NCBI GenBank assembly: GCA_003427395.1
Contig: BFEA01000015.1
Span: 3,487,459 to 3,551,458 of the forward strand
Length of the DNA: 64,000 nucleotides
DNA from: Chara braunii
Taxonomy: Eukaryota; Plantae; Charophyceae
Direction of reading: 5' to 3'
Shown here: positions 1-12,554 of the stretch, piece by piece
How positions within the stretch are numbered: position 1 is the stretch's first letter
Layout: every line of letters starts with the position of its first letter
Program-made: the position numbers and the translations under genes
The notes under the pieces: model-generated
What the model was told of the DNA's origin: nothing
The model's input: the letters and a program-made list of their open reading frames with translations, nothing else
Database searches by the model: none

Positions 1-250
1 TAGCCATACGAGTCTCAACCTTTGTCTAACATTTCATAAATAAAAGCATTCAATATCTTTGTTAAATGATCATTTAATAAGGTCCGGGTGAAAACGCAAT
101 GAAACAGTTCAAATCACATGGCTAAATCTTTTAGGTTGAGTTTGCAAGAGTGAATTGAAGTTGAATCGTAGACTGACGAATCGACAACCGACCTGTTATC
201 AATGCTATCAGAAGATGATCCTCGTGGGATCGAGCTGAATCTAGTCCAAA

Positions 251-1650
251 TATTGAATCGAAATGATCAAGAGGACATGTAACACATGACAGGTCAATGC
301 CCAAGGCTAACTATTAGTGTATGGGGAATAAATCTTCATAGCACATTCCCACTCAAGATCCTCATGCTGACTACGTCAAAGTCTACCTCTAAGCCAGTGC
401 CAAAAAAAAGGTAGAAATGTGGCAGACTCTCCCCTATTTATGATGGATTGTTAAAATCGTCACTTGTCAAAATATAATTTATCTCTTTTAAACTGAAAAG
501 ATTTCGGCAACGCTTCCCGAACAAAAACTGTCTTTTCAGAATTTATACTAGCTCCAATATGAAAATTAAAATGATTTCTAACTGTAGAAAGTCAAATTTT
601 GTTTGACTCCATGAATTAGTAAAAATTTAGGCAGCATCTCCTTTAGAGAAGTAGTCTTCTTAGATTTATATTGACTTAGATATGAACTCAAACATAAAAC
701 TTAAGTTTTATCAAGACAAAATTTAACTAACTCCTTAGTTTTCTAGAAATTTCGGCAGCGCTTCCCATAGGAGAAGCAGCTTTGCAAACTTTATACAAAG
801 CTAAATATTGAATCTAAAAATAATTCTGACTTTCCAAAGTCAATTTTTGTCTAACTTCTTGAATTAGTAAAAATTTGGGCAGTATTTCCACTAGAAAAGA
901 AAACTTTCCAGATTCTTACTAATTCATATACAAACTTAGAAAAAAAATTGAATCGAAATGATTAAGAGGACCTTTAACACATGATTGGTCAATGTTCAAG
1001 GTTAACTATTTGTGTATGGGGAATACATGTCCGTAACACATTCTCAATAAAGATCCACTTGCTGACCAAGTCAAAGTTTACCTAGACCAGTGCTGAAAGA
1101 AAGGTAGACATGTGGCAGACTCTCCCCTATTTAGGGACCCTATTTAGGGTGGATTGTCAGAATCCTCACCTGTCAAAATTTAATTTATCTCCGTTAAACT
1201 AAGAAAATGTTGGCAGCGCTTCCCGTAAGAAAAATTTCTTTTCATAATTTATACTAGCTTCAAAATGAAAACTTAAATAATCACCAACCCTAGAAGGTCA
1301 AATTTTGTCTAAATCACTGAATTAGTAAAAATTTGGGCAGCATCTCCTTTAGAGAAGTGGACTTCTCAGATTTATACTCACTACGATATGAACTGAAACA
1401 TAAAACTTGAGTTGTATCAAGATAAAATTTAACTAAAGCTTTAATTTTGTAGAAATTTCAGCAGCGTTTTCCATAGGAGAAACAACTTTTCAAAATTTAT
1501 ACAAAGCTAAATACTGAGTCTGAAAATAATTATGACTTTCCAAAGTCAAATTTTTAGTCAAATTTTGTCTAACTCCCCGAATTAGTAGAAATTTTGGTAG
1601 CACTTCCCATAGGAAAGAAGACTTTTCAGATTCTGACTAAGTCCGATATA
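251..1650. repeat. ~695-bp tandem duplication within copy A
   Basis: attgaatcgaaatgatYaagaggac occurs at ~252 and ~947 with colinear downstream sequence (e.g. tgtggcagactctcccctattta at ~418 and ~1112). Confidence 0.85.
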
Positions 1651-2070
1651 AACTTAGACAAAAAGTTAAACTTTGAAAGCCAGATTTGAGTAACTCTTTG
1701 ATTTTGTAGAAATTTCGGCAGTGCTTCCCGTAAGAGAAGTACCTTTCCAAGATTTATACAAAGTCAAGTATAATAAATGATCCCAAAAAATGCGAGAATT
1801 TACCTAAGTAAAAAAATAAGGTAGCTCAGAAAATGCAAAAATTGAACTAACTTCTATAACTCTAGCACTTGGGGAGCAACTAAAGCAACTAAAGCAACTA
1901 CCTGTCAAACTGAAACTTCGACTAAGTGAAGCTCTGACTAAGTTACATGCAAGGTCAAACCACAATAGTAAGTACTCTCACCAACCTCATGGTTGAACCT
2001 TGTCAAACAATAGTTCGTAGTCTTTTAATGATTTGTCCCTTATACCCAGCTTATATAGGGCATAAAGCTA

Positions 2071-4156
2071 GACCATCCAAAATTATGGAAATAAACACAT
2101 GGCACTACATTTTTTTTCTTCCTTGAGCATGTGACTAGGTCGTCCAACCTAGTCGCCCTGAACCTACGAATACCCCTCAGCGACGGTCATCCGCGGACAA
2201 GTCCGCGGCCGCGCGATTTTGCGGTTGCATGGCGGTCAGTGGGGAGGGGGGTTTGGGATTTGGGAAGCGCCATGGGGCGGCGCAACCCCAGCCCCACCCC
2301 CTCAAACAAAAAAAATAAAAAAAACTATTTTTTTGGGGGGGGGGGGGTTGGNNNNNNNNNNNNNNNNNNNNNNNNNNNNNNNNNNNNNNNNNNNNNNNNN
2401 NNNNNNNNNNNNNNNNNNNNNNNNNNNNNNNNNNNNNNNNNNNNNNNNNNNNNNNNNNNNNNNNNNNNNNNNNNNNNNNNNNNNNNNNNNNNNNNNNNNN
2501 NNNNNNNNNNNNNNNNNNNNNNNNNNNNNNNNNNNNNNNNNNNNNNNNNNNNNNNNNNNNNNNNNNNNNNNNNNNNNNNNNNNNNNNNNNNNNNNNNNNN
2601 NNNNNNNNNNNNNNNNNNNNNNNNNNNNNNNNNNNNNNNNNNNNNNNNNNNNNNNNNNNNNNNNNNNNNNNNNNNNNNNNNNNNNNNNNNNNNNNNNNNN
2701 NNNNNNNNNNNNNNNNNNNNNNNNNNNNNNNNNNNNNNNNNNNNNNNNNNNNNNNNNNNNNNNNNNNNNNNNNNNNNNNNNNNNNNNNNNNNNNNNNNNN
2801 NNNNNNNNNNNNNNNNNNNNNNNNNNNNNNNNNNNNNNNNNNNNNNNNNNNNNNNNNNNNNNNNNNNNNNNNNNNNNNNNNNNNNNNNNNNNNNNNNNNN
2901 NNNNNNNNNNNNNNNNNNNNNNNNNNNNNNNNNNNNNNNNNNNNNNNNNNNNNNNNNNNNNNNNNNNNNNNNNNNNNNNNNNNNNNNNNNNNNNNNNNNN
3001 NNNNNNNNNNNNNNNNNNNNNNNNNNNNNNNNNNNNNNNNNNNNNNNNNNNNNNNNNNNNNNNNNNNNNNNNNNNNNNNNNNNNNNNNNNNNNNNNNNNN
3101 NNNNNNNNNNNNNNNNNNNNNNNNNNNNNNNNNNNNNNNNNNNNNNNNNNNNNNNNNNNNNNNNNNNNNNNNNNNNNNNNNNNNNNNNNNNNNNNNNNNN
3201 NNNNNNNNNNNNNNNNNNNNNNNNNNNNNNNNNNNNNNNNNNNNNNTACAAAGAACTGCCAACCAAAAATCCCCCCCCAATTTTTTTTTTTATTATTATT
3301 ATTTTTTTCAATTTATCTTCTCTACCTTTTCTGTTTTTTTAGTTTTTATAATTCTAAAAACTTATCTGTTTCAAAAAAAAAAAAAAAAAAAGGTTGTAGG
3401 GAATTTTAATCCCTACAACCCCCTTTTTTTTATACCCATTATTTAATTCAGAAAAAATGTGGCAAATTCACGTCCGCTTCTCGGACGAGGTCGGTTGAGG
3501 ACGCGGCCGTATATACGGCCGCCCTCCGAGGTCGACCCCGCGGAAGCGTCCGCGGGTGTTTCATAGCCCTGAACTGTTTAAAATATCCAAGTTATATATA
3601 ATTGTCTGCACTTAGTATTTTAAGGCAGCATATTTATGAACCGTTCAACTTAAAAACAAGGTTTAGCCTGCCCCTCTACCACAAGTTTATCCTTAATTTA
3701 TACTCTCTTCAGTTTGTGATAAGTTATAGTTAGATCATCCAAACTTACGGAAACATGTCTAACTAGCCTATTCATAAGTAGAATAGTATAATAGTATAGT
3801 CAAAATTTATTATTTATAGTTCCAGCATGTGCGTGGCTCCATACCAGACCATCCAAACTTATGGAAGCATGTTTGGTCTTTGGTTTGATCCTCCCTGAGA
3901 ATAAACAAGAAGAAGTTAGAGTCATCCAAACTTATGGAACTTGCTCAACTCCTTTCAGAAACCAATAAACATGAGAAACCCCAAATGAAGCAAGACAACC
4001 AAGTCATCAAAACTTATGGAAATCTGTTTGGTCCCTGAAAAGGAAGTCACAAACATCCCTCGCAAGTCAGAGCAACCAGACCATCCAAACTTATGAAAAC
4101 ATGTCTAGTCCTCCAGGCAATCAAAATAAATATAGCACTCGGTCATCCAACTTAGT
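2071..4156 (-). repeat. Repeat-spacer array in copy A (+ strand reads GACCATCCAAACTTATGGAA), split by a MITE and the N-gap
   Basis: Units at about 2071, 3733, 3847, 3920, 4002, 4079 and 4141 (last degenerate). Confidence 0.88.
2164..3566. mobile_element. hAT-like non-autonomous insertion (spans N-gap) inside copy A
   Basis: 8-bp TSD CCCTGAAC at 2156-2163 and 3567-3574. Imperfect TIR ctacgaataccc / gggtgtttcatag. The empty site is visible in copy C (aaacagttcagggcgactagg, ~38793). Confidence 0.8.
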
Positions 4157-7100
4157 ACAATGTCCAACCTCTGGTTGACCCAGTTAGACACAAGCAAAAC
4201 CCCCATCCTCCCGCCTTCCCCATGATACAAACCCTTTTCACAATCTGACTTCAGGCAAAACAACAAAAGCGAAATTGAACTTACGCATTCATCCCTTTAC
4301 TTAACTTTGAATTGTGTCCAGAAAGTCAAACTTAAAGTCAATATGGGATTCATGCGGTACACTCAGTCAAATTGTAGCAAGATATACAGATAGGGGTTAT
4401 AATTGGGTTTATAGAGGGAGATGAAGGTTTACCTCTCAGTCCCCTGCCCCCAAAACTCCTCCAGAGTTCGGTAGAGCTACCGCAAGTGGTGGGCAGACTC
4501 CCCACAGAGTCTTGATACGAGATTGCAGGTTGTAATCCTACCTGCCGCCTTCCTCTCGTAACCAAGATTAGACTTAGAGTAAGAAGGACAGAAGGAGGGG
4601 TTTCAGAGGCTCAAGATACAAAAGGGGGACAACTCAACTCTCAGGAGAGGGTCTTGAAACCTTCATGCGTTTAAGGGCCCCGCAATAATGGTCGAAACCC
4701 AGCAGCGTGGCTAAAGTCAAACCGTCGACTGGTAACTTTTTTTACTGCTTTGTACGGTGGGACACACGACACACCTGGCAGCAGCCAAGTCTATCATTCA
4801 TAGCTGGTTTGTTGCTGCTTCAATCCACATGGTTAAGCAACGTGCTAGTCAACACGTAAGTTTGCAACTCTTGTTTGGCTTCCTCGCCACTTCAACCGAC
4901 AGAATAAAGCACTGCCCCAGTTACACAGGTAAGTTCCTCCCCCGCCTCTTTATGCAGCATAACAAGCAGTCCAATAGTCTGCAAGTAAATCTTCAAGCCC
5001 TGCTACTGTCCTCACACAAGAGCGTCGACTAGGTAATTATTCGTTATTGTCTGTACTTTCCCCTCTCTTCTCTTTTCATCTCCTTCAAAACCTTTCCTGA
5101 CACTCCCTTCTCTCTGCGCGAAGCCCCCGCCGTCTACTGCACTGTGGCATTCATTCTAGCTAAACGAGAAAGCTCCTCCGGTAGAACACGAAAAATCGCA
5201 CTTTTCCATTCGTCTCCTGATGCCTAATGCCAACGATAGGAGGTCGAGCGGGGCATCGGCTGAAGCAGGTAACTTCATTCCCTCGTGGCTAACCTTTTGG
5301 CTGCTTCGACTCAGTCAATAGGTAAGTACACTCTCGTCGCCCTTTTTCTGGATCATCCGCTTCTCGTCTTCTCTCTTACGCTCGCTCCGGTCTACCAACA
5401 TACTTGGTCACCTGCTATGTTGGGCTCGTTCAAGCTTGAGGAACCGCAGGCCACGAATAGGAAGAAAAACCTCGGAGGAGACCACTGCCGAAACGATCAA
5501 AGATCGACGGGGAGGAGATCACTACCTCCGACGAGCAGCAATCGAACAGAACCGAACGAAAAAAATGAACTTCAATTTGGCTGAATGCACTCGTAAAATG
5601 AAAATAAACCCTTCTTTTACGTGCAGACCAGTGCACTGTTTCCTCTTTGAGGGCGACTCTCGCTGCTGAAATAGGGAAAATGCATTACGAATGATTGCCA
5701 CTCAAGGCATCAACAAGAGTTCGAACCCGGCGCTAAAAAGAGGGAAGGTGTATGCATGGAATCGTCGGCTATTTTCTCACCAGTCCGAGCTCGTAGGAAC
5801 CTCCCTCCAAAACATGAGCACATACTTTGTTTTCCAGTCGTTCGTGGAGAGAGATAATGAGGGGCTACTTTTATAAAAAAGGCAAGCAAAATTGGGATAA
5901 ATCTCCTACCAGAATGCGGATGGATGCATGGTTGCTTTCCTTTTCTTCTTGGGCGCAACTCTTGTTGTTTACTGTCCAAAATTTACCTACCAAACTCGAA
6001 ATCCGATTTCAGTATCAAATCCGCTACCCCTTAAAACACCCGGCATGAGTCCTCACTCATTCGTTCCCGTTCAAGAACGAGTGTGTCCCACAATCTTCGC
6101 CCTCGCTACCTTCGCTTCCGCCACCTCCTCACGCACTCCTTTTTCCTCCTATCTCCTTTCCTATTAATTTTCTTTTAAAACTAACTTCATATTCGAGCTC
6201 ACCAAGCCGCAAAACCCCGTATTATCACTTTCTCCCACAAAAATCTAATGAGAGACGAAGGAGTTACGGTTTCCGTCCTTCCGCCATACTCTGCTCCTCC
6301 TTATATTATGCCATCCAAGTCTTCGAATGCACCCTGACGCAATCCTCGCCCAAGTTCACCCCTTTTCTTCTCTGCGCCCACTGACCAGTCCCCTCATCTC
6401 CGTCCGACACAACACTACCGCAACTCTCGTCAGCATCGAAACTTTACAGCGCCCGACTCCCTTTATACTCACTTCTTTTAGCTGATCTGACTTCAAAACC
6501 GAGGTCGCCTGCCTAAAAAAAAAACATTCTCTATCCTTCGTTTGGCTTACTTTGTCGAGAATCGCACGATCTATCCGTCTCCCACTTCGCCACGACCACT
6601 CTCTCTTGCCTTCTTCCTTAAATGCACTCGACCCATCTCCCGACCGGATTCATCTTTTTCTTCCTTAGCATAGTCGTCCCCGTTGTTGTCATTACTCCCG
6701 TCGTACTGCACGACCGCACAGTAGTATAGGCGAGCCGGTTCAGCAGCATTGGTTGTCTTGTGGGAACTTCGCGGAGAGAGCTTGCTACTTGACAGTCAAA
6801 TTTAGTCACTCATTCAGCACTCCTAAGATGGGCGAGCATTGCGCTCGACGGCATCATGAGTTTTCTCACAGCGCCCCGGGCTTCTCTGCCTCAGTGCAGT
6901 CCTGCGTCTTTCTAGGTCGTGCCATACGACTAGCGCGTTGGTACTAAATGTGACTTCCAACATAATTTGCCCCCTCTTTCTGGCCTCGCCCTGTCCCAGG
7001 CCGTCCTGCAAAGTGGGTCGTACTAATCTTCTATATCGTCCCAATTTTTGATAGATGTCCCAAAGGACTGAAGCTTAACATATGGTCCGGGCTACGTTGA

Positions 7101-7971
7101 AGGTAGCGTCGGAGTAAGCCACGTACTAGATAGTTCAGTTAGTCTTTCGCCTTGATACTTGAGTCCGAAAAACGGTTGGCACGATAGTATTGTTGTTGCC
7201 ATGACATAGTCTCCTTCGGCCTTGCCTTGCCCCGGATTGTTCTGGCTAGGTGCAGCCTGCTATCTCTCAAGTCCCACCAGACACACTTACACTCAACTTA
7301 TCACAACAGGTCGAGGCTGAAAGGCGATGTACTCGGGGAAGGCTCACGCTACCCAAACTTCCTTCGCCCCGTGCGCTACCCACCGGTCTGTATGCGCGTT
7401 GAACTTCTTGGTTTCCGTGTCACCTGGTCCGAAAAGGATAATAAGACGAGAATAATAATAACCGAAGTGATACAAAAATTGAGGGCAAAACTGCAGTTTA
7501 CCAATACCGCCCTGGCCCTGCCACGTAACCCTGTGGACCGCAAAAAAAACGAATGTATAGCCTCGCCAGGCCCTCAACCCGTTGGTTTCCCTCTCACTGC
7601 TTCAATATTCTTGCGCCTTTGCCCATTGGCCTCGATCCTTGAATCTCCCTAATGAAAGTCTGATACCGTAACCAATAGTGTTAGGTTCAAGGTTGAGCCT
7701 ATTACTAGCGGACACATATATAAACGAGTACCGTGAGATGTGCGGATCTACTAAAACGTTTTAAACCACATTGTTGTCGATGTCGTCCTCCGCACGTACG
7801 CACAAGTCACAGGCAAGTATTGCAATCATCAAACAACTCTTTTAGTCCTCGTTTAATCAAAACTAAACAAACTTTGACCAATAATCACGCCGACCCTACA
7901 GTTATCGACAACAAAAGAGATCACGCGCGCCTCAAATCTGCGAAAGAAGGTTAACAACAGTCGTATTTTTC

Positions 7972-8250
7972 ATCACCACTTTACGACACCCTTCACCACT
8001 TCAGGATGCAACCTGCCTAAATACATGGTTTTCAGGGTCTTCGGACCTTTCACCACTTCATGACACCCTTCACCACTTCAGAATGCAGCTTGCCTAAACA
8101 AGTCGTTTTCAGGGTTTTCAAGCCTTTCACCACTTCATGACCATTCAGGATTTTCAGACTGCCAAAAACTCTTTATTCACCACCTTAGGATGCAGCCTGC
8201 CTAAACAGGTGGTTTGCAGGGTTTTCGGACCTTTCACCACCTCAGGAGCA
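7972..8250. repeat. Degenerate tandem repeat (caccacttcaggatgcagcctgcctaaa...ggacctttcaccac)
   Basis: About three units starting near 7995, 8071 and 8178. Confidence 0.75.
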
Positions 8251-9311
8251 TTTGATATTTTCATACTGCCAAAAACTCTCACTTCAAAATTTTCATTTCT
8301 CAAGTTTCGGCCACCCGTTAACCGCTCACACACTCTCTACTCAAGTCAACTATTCAGTCAATGTAAACAGCAGACACAAACGCGACTCGCGCGGTGTACT
8401 CAATCTCTTAACCAAACTTGTTTTCTGTTATTTGCAAAAAAAACAAGGCGGATATCCTTGTAAGGGTGTTCGCACGGACAACGGTACTCAAGGTTACTGC
8501 TATTGATGGGCGGTGCATCTACTGTGTTTTGTTGGATTGTTGCGTGTGCATGGAGATGTGTCATGCTGTTCTTATGTAATTCGTCACAGTGTATAGCTAC
8601 TGCGCATGTTACCGGGCATGATCCTCGTACGTGTGGTGCCTCTTTGAACTTTGCTACGTTTTACTTACATTCTGGATATAGCACAATGGGTGTGCTTTAT
8701 TTCAACATTGTTCTTCTAGGCTGCAAAGAGGCGGGTCATTGTTACGATTTGAAGGATCATCATAAGGTCAACATTGCTCTTCTAGCCCACTATGATTTTC
8801 ATCACCATTGTGGGACCCTAAGGCGTATCAAGACTCCAAGGCTCTCTCATGCGAGTCTGAGCGCGCCTCCTTTATGTTTGAGTGCCTTATGACTCTCCCT
8901 CTGCCTTTTTTACTCTCAGTCTAGTCGAAAGGTTACTAGAGGGAGGCAGCAGGCGGGATTCGAAATCCGTAACCGTGCCAAGACTTTTATGGGAGGTTCG
9001 CCCCACCGATTGCGGAAGCTCTGCTGGAACCTATGCGAGGTTTATGGAGGCAGGGAACTCTCAGGTATAACTCCGTTTTCTTGTGTGGATTCACTAAGCT
9101 CATATCAATACGTTTCTTTGCGTTTGTTTGTTGAGTATGCATGCAACCTTATGACTTTTGTTTTCTTTTTTGAACTTAATCAGAATAAGTGGAAGCAATG
9201 CATGCATAAATTTCAGTTTTTTTTTACTGAAATTATATTGACGGATGAACCGGGGAAGGTGGTAGGAAGGTGGTTCTACATACGATTGACCACGTCAATC
9301 AAAGGTTCGAA

Positions 9312-10012
9312 ATTGTTTCTAAGTAGAATGACACAATGTTATGTTTTTTTTTTTATGTTTTATGAAGGACAAGGCACTGTTTCTAAGCAGAATGGTCTGG
9401 TTGCTATGGTGATTTCTAAGGGTTTTGCCTATCTGGCTTTTGGGCTCAAGCACTGTTTCTTAGCATAATGGTTTACTCTATCTGTTTCTTTTTTGGGTTT
9501 CTGACTGAAGTTTGACAAAATAGTCCAACTTCATATTTTTTGTGTGACTTAAGATAAGTTGAACATTGTTTCTAAGCTGAATGGTTCATTCTCTTGTTTT
9601 ATTATGGGGGAGAATTTCTTTGAAAAACTAAACATTGTTTTTAAAAATAATGGTTTAGCCTGAAGCTGCGCACACTTAAAGTACAAAAAAATATACATTA
9701 AAAATATTTATCTATATTTGCATATGAACACGCAGACAGACATTGCTTCTAAGTAAAATCGTTCAACTTAAGTCATATCACCAAAAAGATAAGAAAAGTC
9801 AAGAGTACAATTATAAGTAAATTGCGCAAGCTGAGCATTGTTTCTAACCAGAAAAGCTTGGTCTCATGCCCATATCAAAAGACAAGTCGAAGAATTACTT
9901 AAAGTTTGAATATTTAAACAGTTATGGACGATTATGCATTGTTTATAAGCAGAATGCAACTTGTTCATATATAACCTAAGGCATGCTAAGCATTGTTTAT
10001 AAGCAGAATGGT
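9312..10012 (+). repeat. Repeat-spacer array in copy B, 9 x ~22-nt CATTGTTTCTAAGCAGAATGGT
   Basis: Units at about 9312, 9375, 9451, 9564, 9633, 9741, 9836, 9937 and 9991. Confidence 0.88.
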
Positions 10013-10704
10013 ATAGTGTTATGCCATATGTAACATAGGAAAAAAGTTAATTATTTGAAGATCAATGAGTTATCTTATGTAAAACAATCTGAATTATTTG
10101 ATGAGAAACTTACATTGGTTGCTTTTGTTGCTTGGCTATAAGTTTAGTCTTGAGTCTAGTTGAGGTTGTCTCGTATAGGTAGTTGCTTTATATGTTCGTC
10201 ATGTGCTGAAGCCATAGGAGTTAGTTCAATTTCTGTTTTTCATAGCTAAGTTTATATTTGATTTTGTATAAAATTTGAAAAGGGGATTTTTGCTAAATGA
10301 CGTGCTGCCAATTGTTTTACAAATTCAATGAGTAAGTCAATTTTTTGTCTTTACAAATTCAACTTTTGTCTGAGTTTCGTATTTAGCTTAGTAAAAATTT
10401 GACAAACCTACTATGTTAGAGGAACTGTTGCCCAAAGTCTTGCTAAATTAGAGAGTTTGACATAATTTGGTCTTAAGAAGTCGAAATTATTTTTGAGACT
10501 TGTATTTAGCTTTCTACAAATTTTGGAAAGACACTTTTTATAGGGGGACAACTGTCAAAATTTCTACAAATCTATAGAATTAGTTAAGTTTTGTCCTGGT
10601 AAAGTTCAAGTTTTGTCTTTGAATTCATATATGACTTGGTATAAATATGAAAATCTACTTTTATAAAGGAGATACTGCCCAAATTCTTACTAATCCAGAG
10701 CGTT

Positions 10705-11228
10705 CAACAAAAATTTTTTTCAGAATTAAATAATCATTTTATAGTAAAATTATATTTCAAATTTAAAATTTTAATTCCATCTTAAAAAATGTCATTCCAG
10801 TTTTAAAATTTTTCGTCTTACTTGAAAACTCTCCTTCCAAGAATGGGGTATCCCTTCTTATTTGAAATGGATGCTAAAGATGGAATGAAAGTCTGAATGA
10901 GTTCATGAAATATTTTAATTGGACTGTCATTCTAAGTAAGGATTTCCAGTCATAAATAGTTTTTTATCCAATCTAAATTAGAAGATATTTGTTGTAGTAG
11001 AATGAAAGTTTAATTAAAACATTTAATAAACTCATCCTGATTTTCATTCCATCTTGAACAAATAGATGTAGTTCGAAGGGAAAACGTATATTTAGACGCG
11101 AACTTATCAAATAAAACTAGAAATTTTGGAATTGGATGAACATTGGAATGATAATTTATAAATATGAAGGATTTTTTTCTTATGGAATGTTTTTTCGACT
11201 TTCATTTCTCGTGGGAATTTTTCTGTTG
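10705..11228. mobile_element. AT-rich ~520-bp MITE, copy 1
   Basis: Termini caacaaaaatt / aattttttctgttg. Near-identical second copy at 12035-12554. Interrupts copy B relative to copy C. Confidence 0.75.
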
Positions 11229-11288
11229 TTAGACTAAATTTGACTAACTGAGGTCAAAGATTTTTTTTATATTTTATATTCAATTAAG

Positions 11289-11584
11289 CTAGGCTACCAA
11301 AGTGGCCCGGGTCCATTTGCCCGGCCGGGCCGAAAATAAATAAAAAAATAAAAAAATAAAAAATATTTTTTTAATTAATTTTTTATTTTAAATCCGGTAA
11401 AGAATTTCGATGTGACCCTGAGGCAAAAGTTGTTCAGTTTATTTTTCTTCATAACATAGTTTTGTTTCGGAATTTTTGGATTTTTTATTTTTTTATTTTT
11501 TTTGGCTGAGACCTTCCCTACTCCTTGCACGGCCGGGCCGGCCGGGAAAATAGGATGACCCGGGCGGCCCGGCTAGTAGCCTAA
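11289..11584. mobile_element. hAT-like MITE
   Basis: 8-bp TSD CAATTAAG at 11281-11288 and 11585-11592. TIR (c/t)TAGGCTAC. GC-rich ccggcc subterminal repeats. Confidence 0.88.
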
Positions 11585-12034
11585 CAATTAAGTATAAATT
11601 ATGAAAATAAAATTTTTTAAAGTTTATTCTGAAACCTATTTAGAGGTAAACTTGAACCTAGTCTTTGGAGGAATTTAGTGAAATCTGATATGGGGATTTA
11701 TTCTCCATACATTTAAAATTTAGCTTTGTGACTTGACCAGTGTTATTTTACAGAACCTCTTTGGTCGTTTCGATTCAAGATCTGACTAGTTTGTGCCCGA
11801 TCCAACAAGGATCGTTTTCTGTTATTTTTTTATAACAGGTCAATTTCTGACTTAACTCTAACTCATTTTCGCGACTCTACCTAATACCTTAGTCCTTGTG
11901 GTTGAATTGTTTCCTTGAATTTTTACTCGAACTTTATTGAATTGTCATTTAAAAACAACTGAGCGTTTTGTTTTTTAAGGTTGAGTAAAGGTTAGAGTTT
12001 GTGTGGATAAGGCAAGGGTTATGAGTGCAGAGAG

Positions 12035-12554
12035 TAACGGAAAAAAATTTCAGAATTAAATAATCATTCTATAGTAAAATTACATTCTAAGTTTCAAATT
12101 TTATTTCATCTTAAAAAATGTCATTCCAATTTGAAAGTTTTTCTTCTTACTTGAAAATTTTCCTTCCAAGAATGGGGTACCCCTTCTTATTTGAACTGCA
12201 TGCTAGAGATGGAATGAAACTCTAGATGAGTTCATGAAATATTTTAATTGGACTATCAGTCGATGTAAAGATTTTCAGTCATAAATAGGTTAATCCAATC
12301 TAGATTAAAAGATATTTGTTATCGCAGAATGAAAGTTTAATGAAAATATTTCATAAACTCGTCCAAACTTTCATTCCATCTTGAACAAATAGATGTAGTT
12401 GGAAGGCAAAACTCATATTAGACGGGAACTTATCAAATAAAACTGGAAAGTTTAGATTTGGACGAACATTGGAATGACAATTTATAAATACGAAGGACTT
12501 TTTTTTTATAGAATGTTTTTTCAACTTTCATTTCTCGTGGGAATTTTTCTGTTG
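12035..12554. mobile_element. AT-rich ~520-bp MITE, copy 2
   Basis: Termini taacggaaaaaaatt / aatttttctgttg. Colinear with 10705-11228. Confidence 0.75.

Larger units (their letters stand above)
1..5700 (-). mobile_element. Non-coding multi-module repeat element, copy A (runs off window start; far boundary uncertain)
   Basis: The reverse complement is colinear with 37650-40250. For example 4441-4690 matches 37690-37940, 2010-2090 matches 38893-38975 and 170-250 matches 39980-40060. Patchy matches extend to about 5300-5700. Confidence 0.8.

Noticed and set aside
2131-3409. Long ORFs of 328-403 aa
   Set aside because: Artefacts of the N-gap at 2352-3246.
7655-7670. tRNA-Met PBS-like word (GGTATCAGA on - strand; a similar one at 42744-42753)
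   Set aside because: Only 9-10 nt match and no adjacent TG...CA LTR pair could be identified. Worth revisiting when defining the ends of the modular element.
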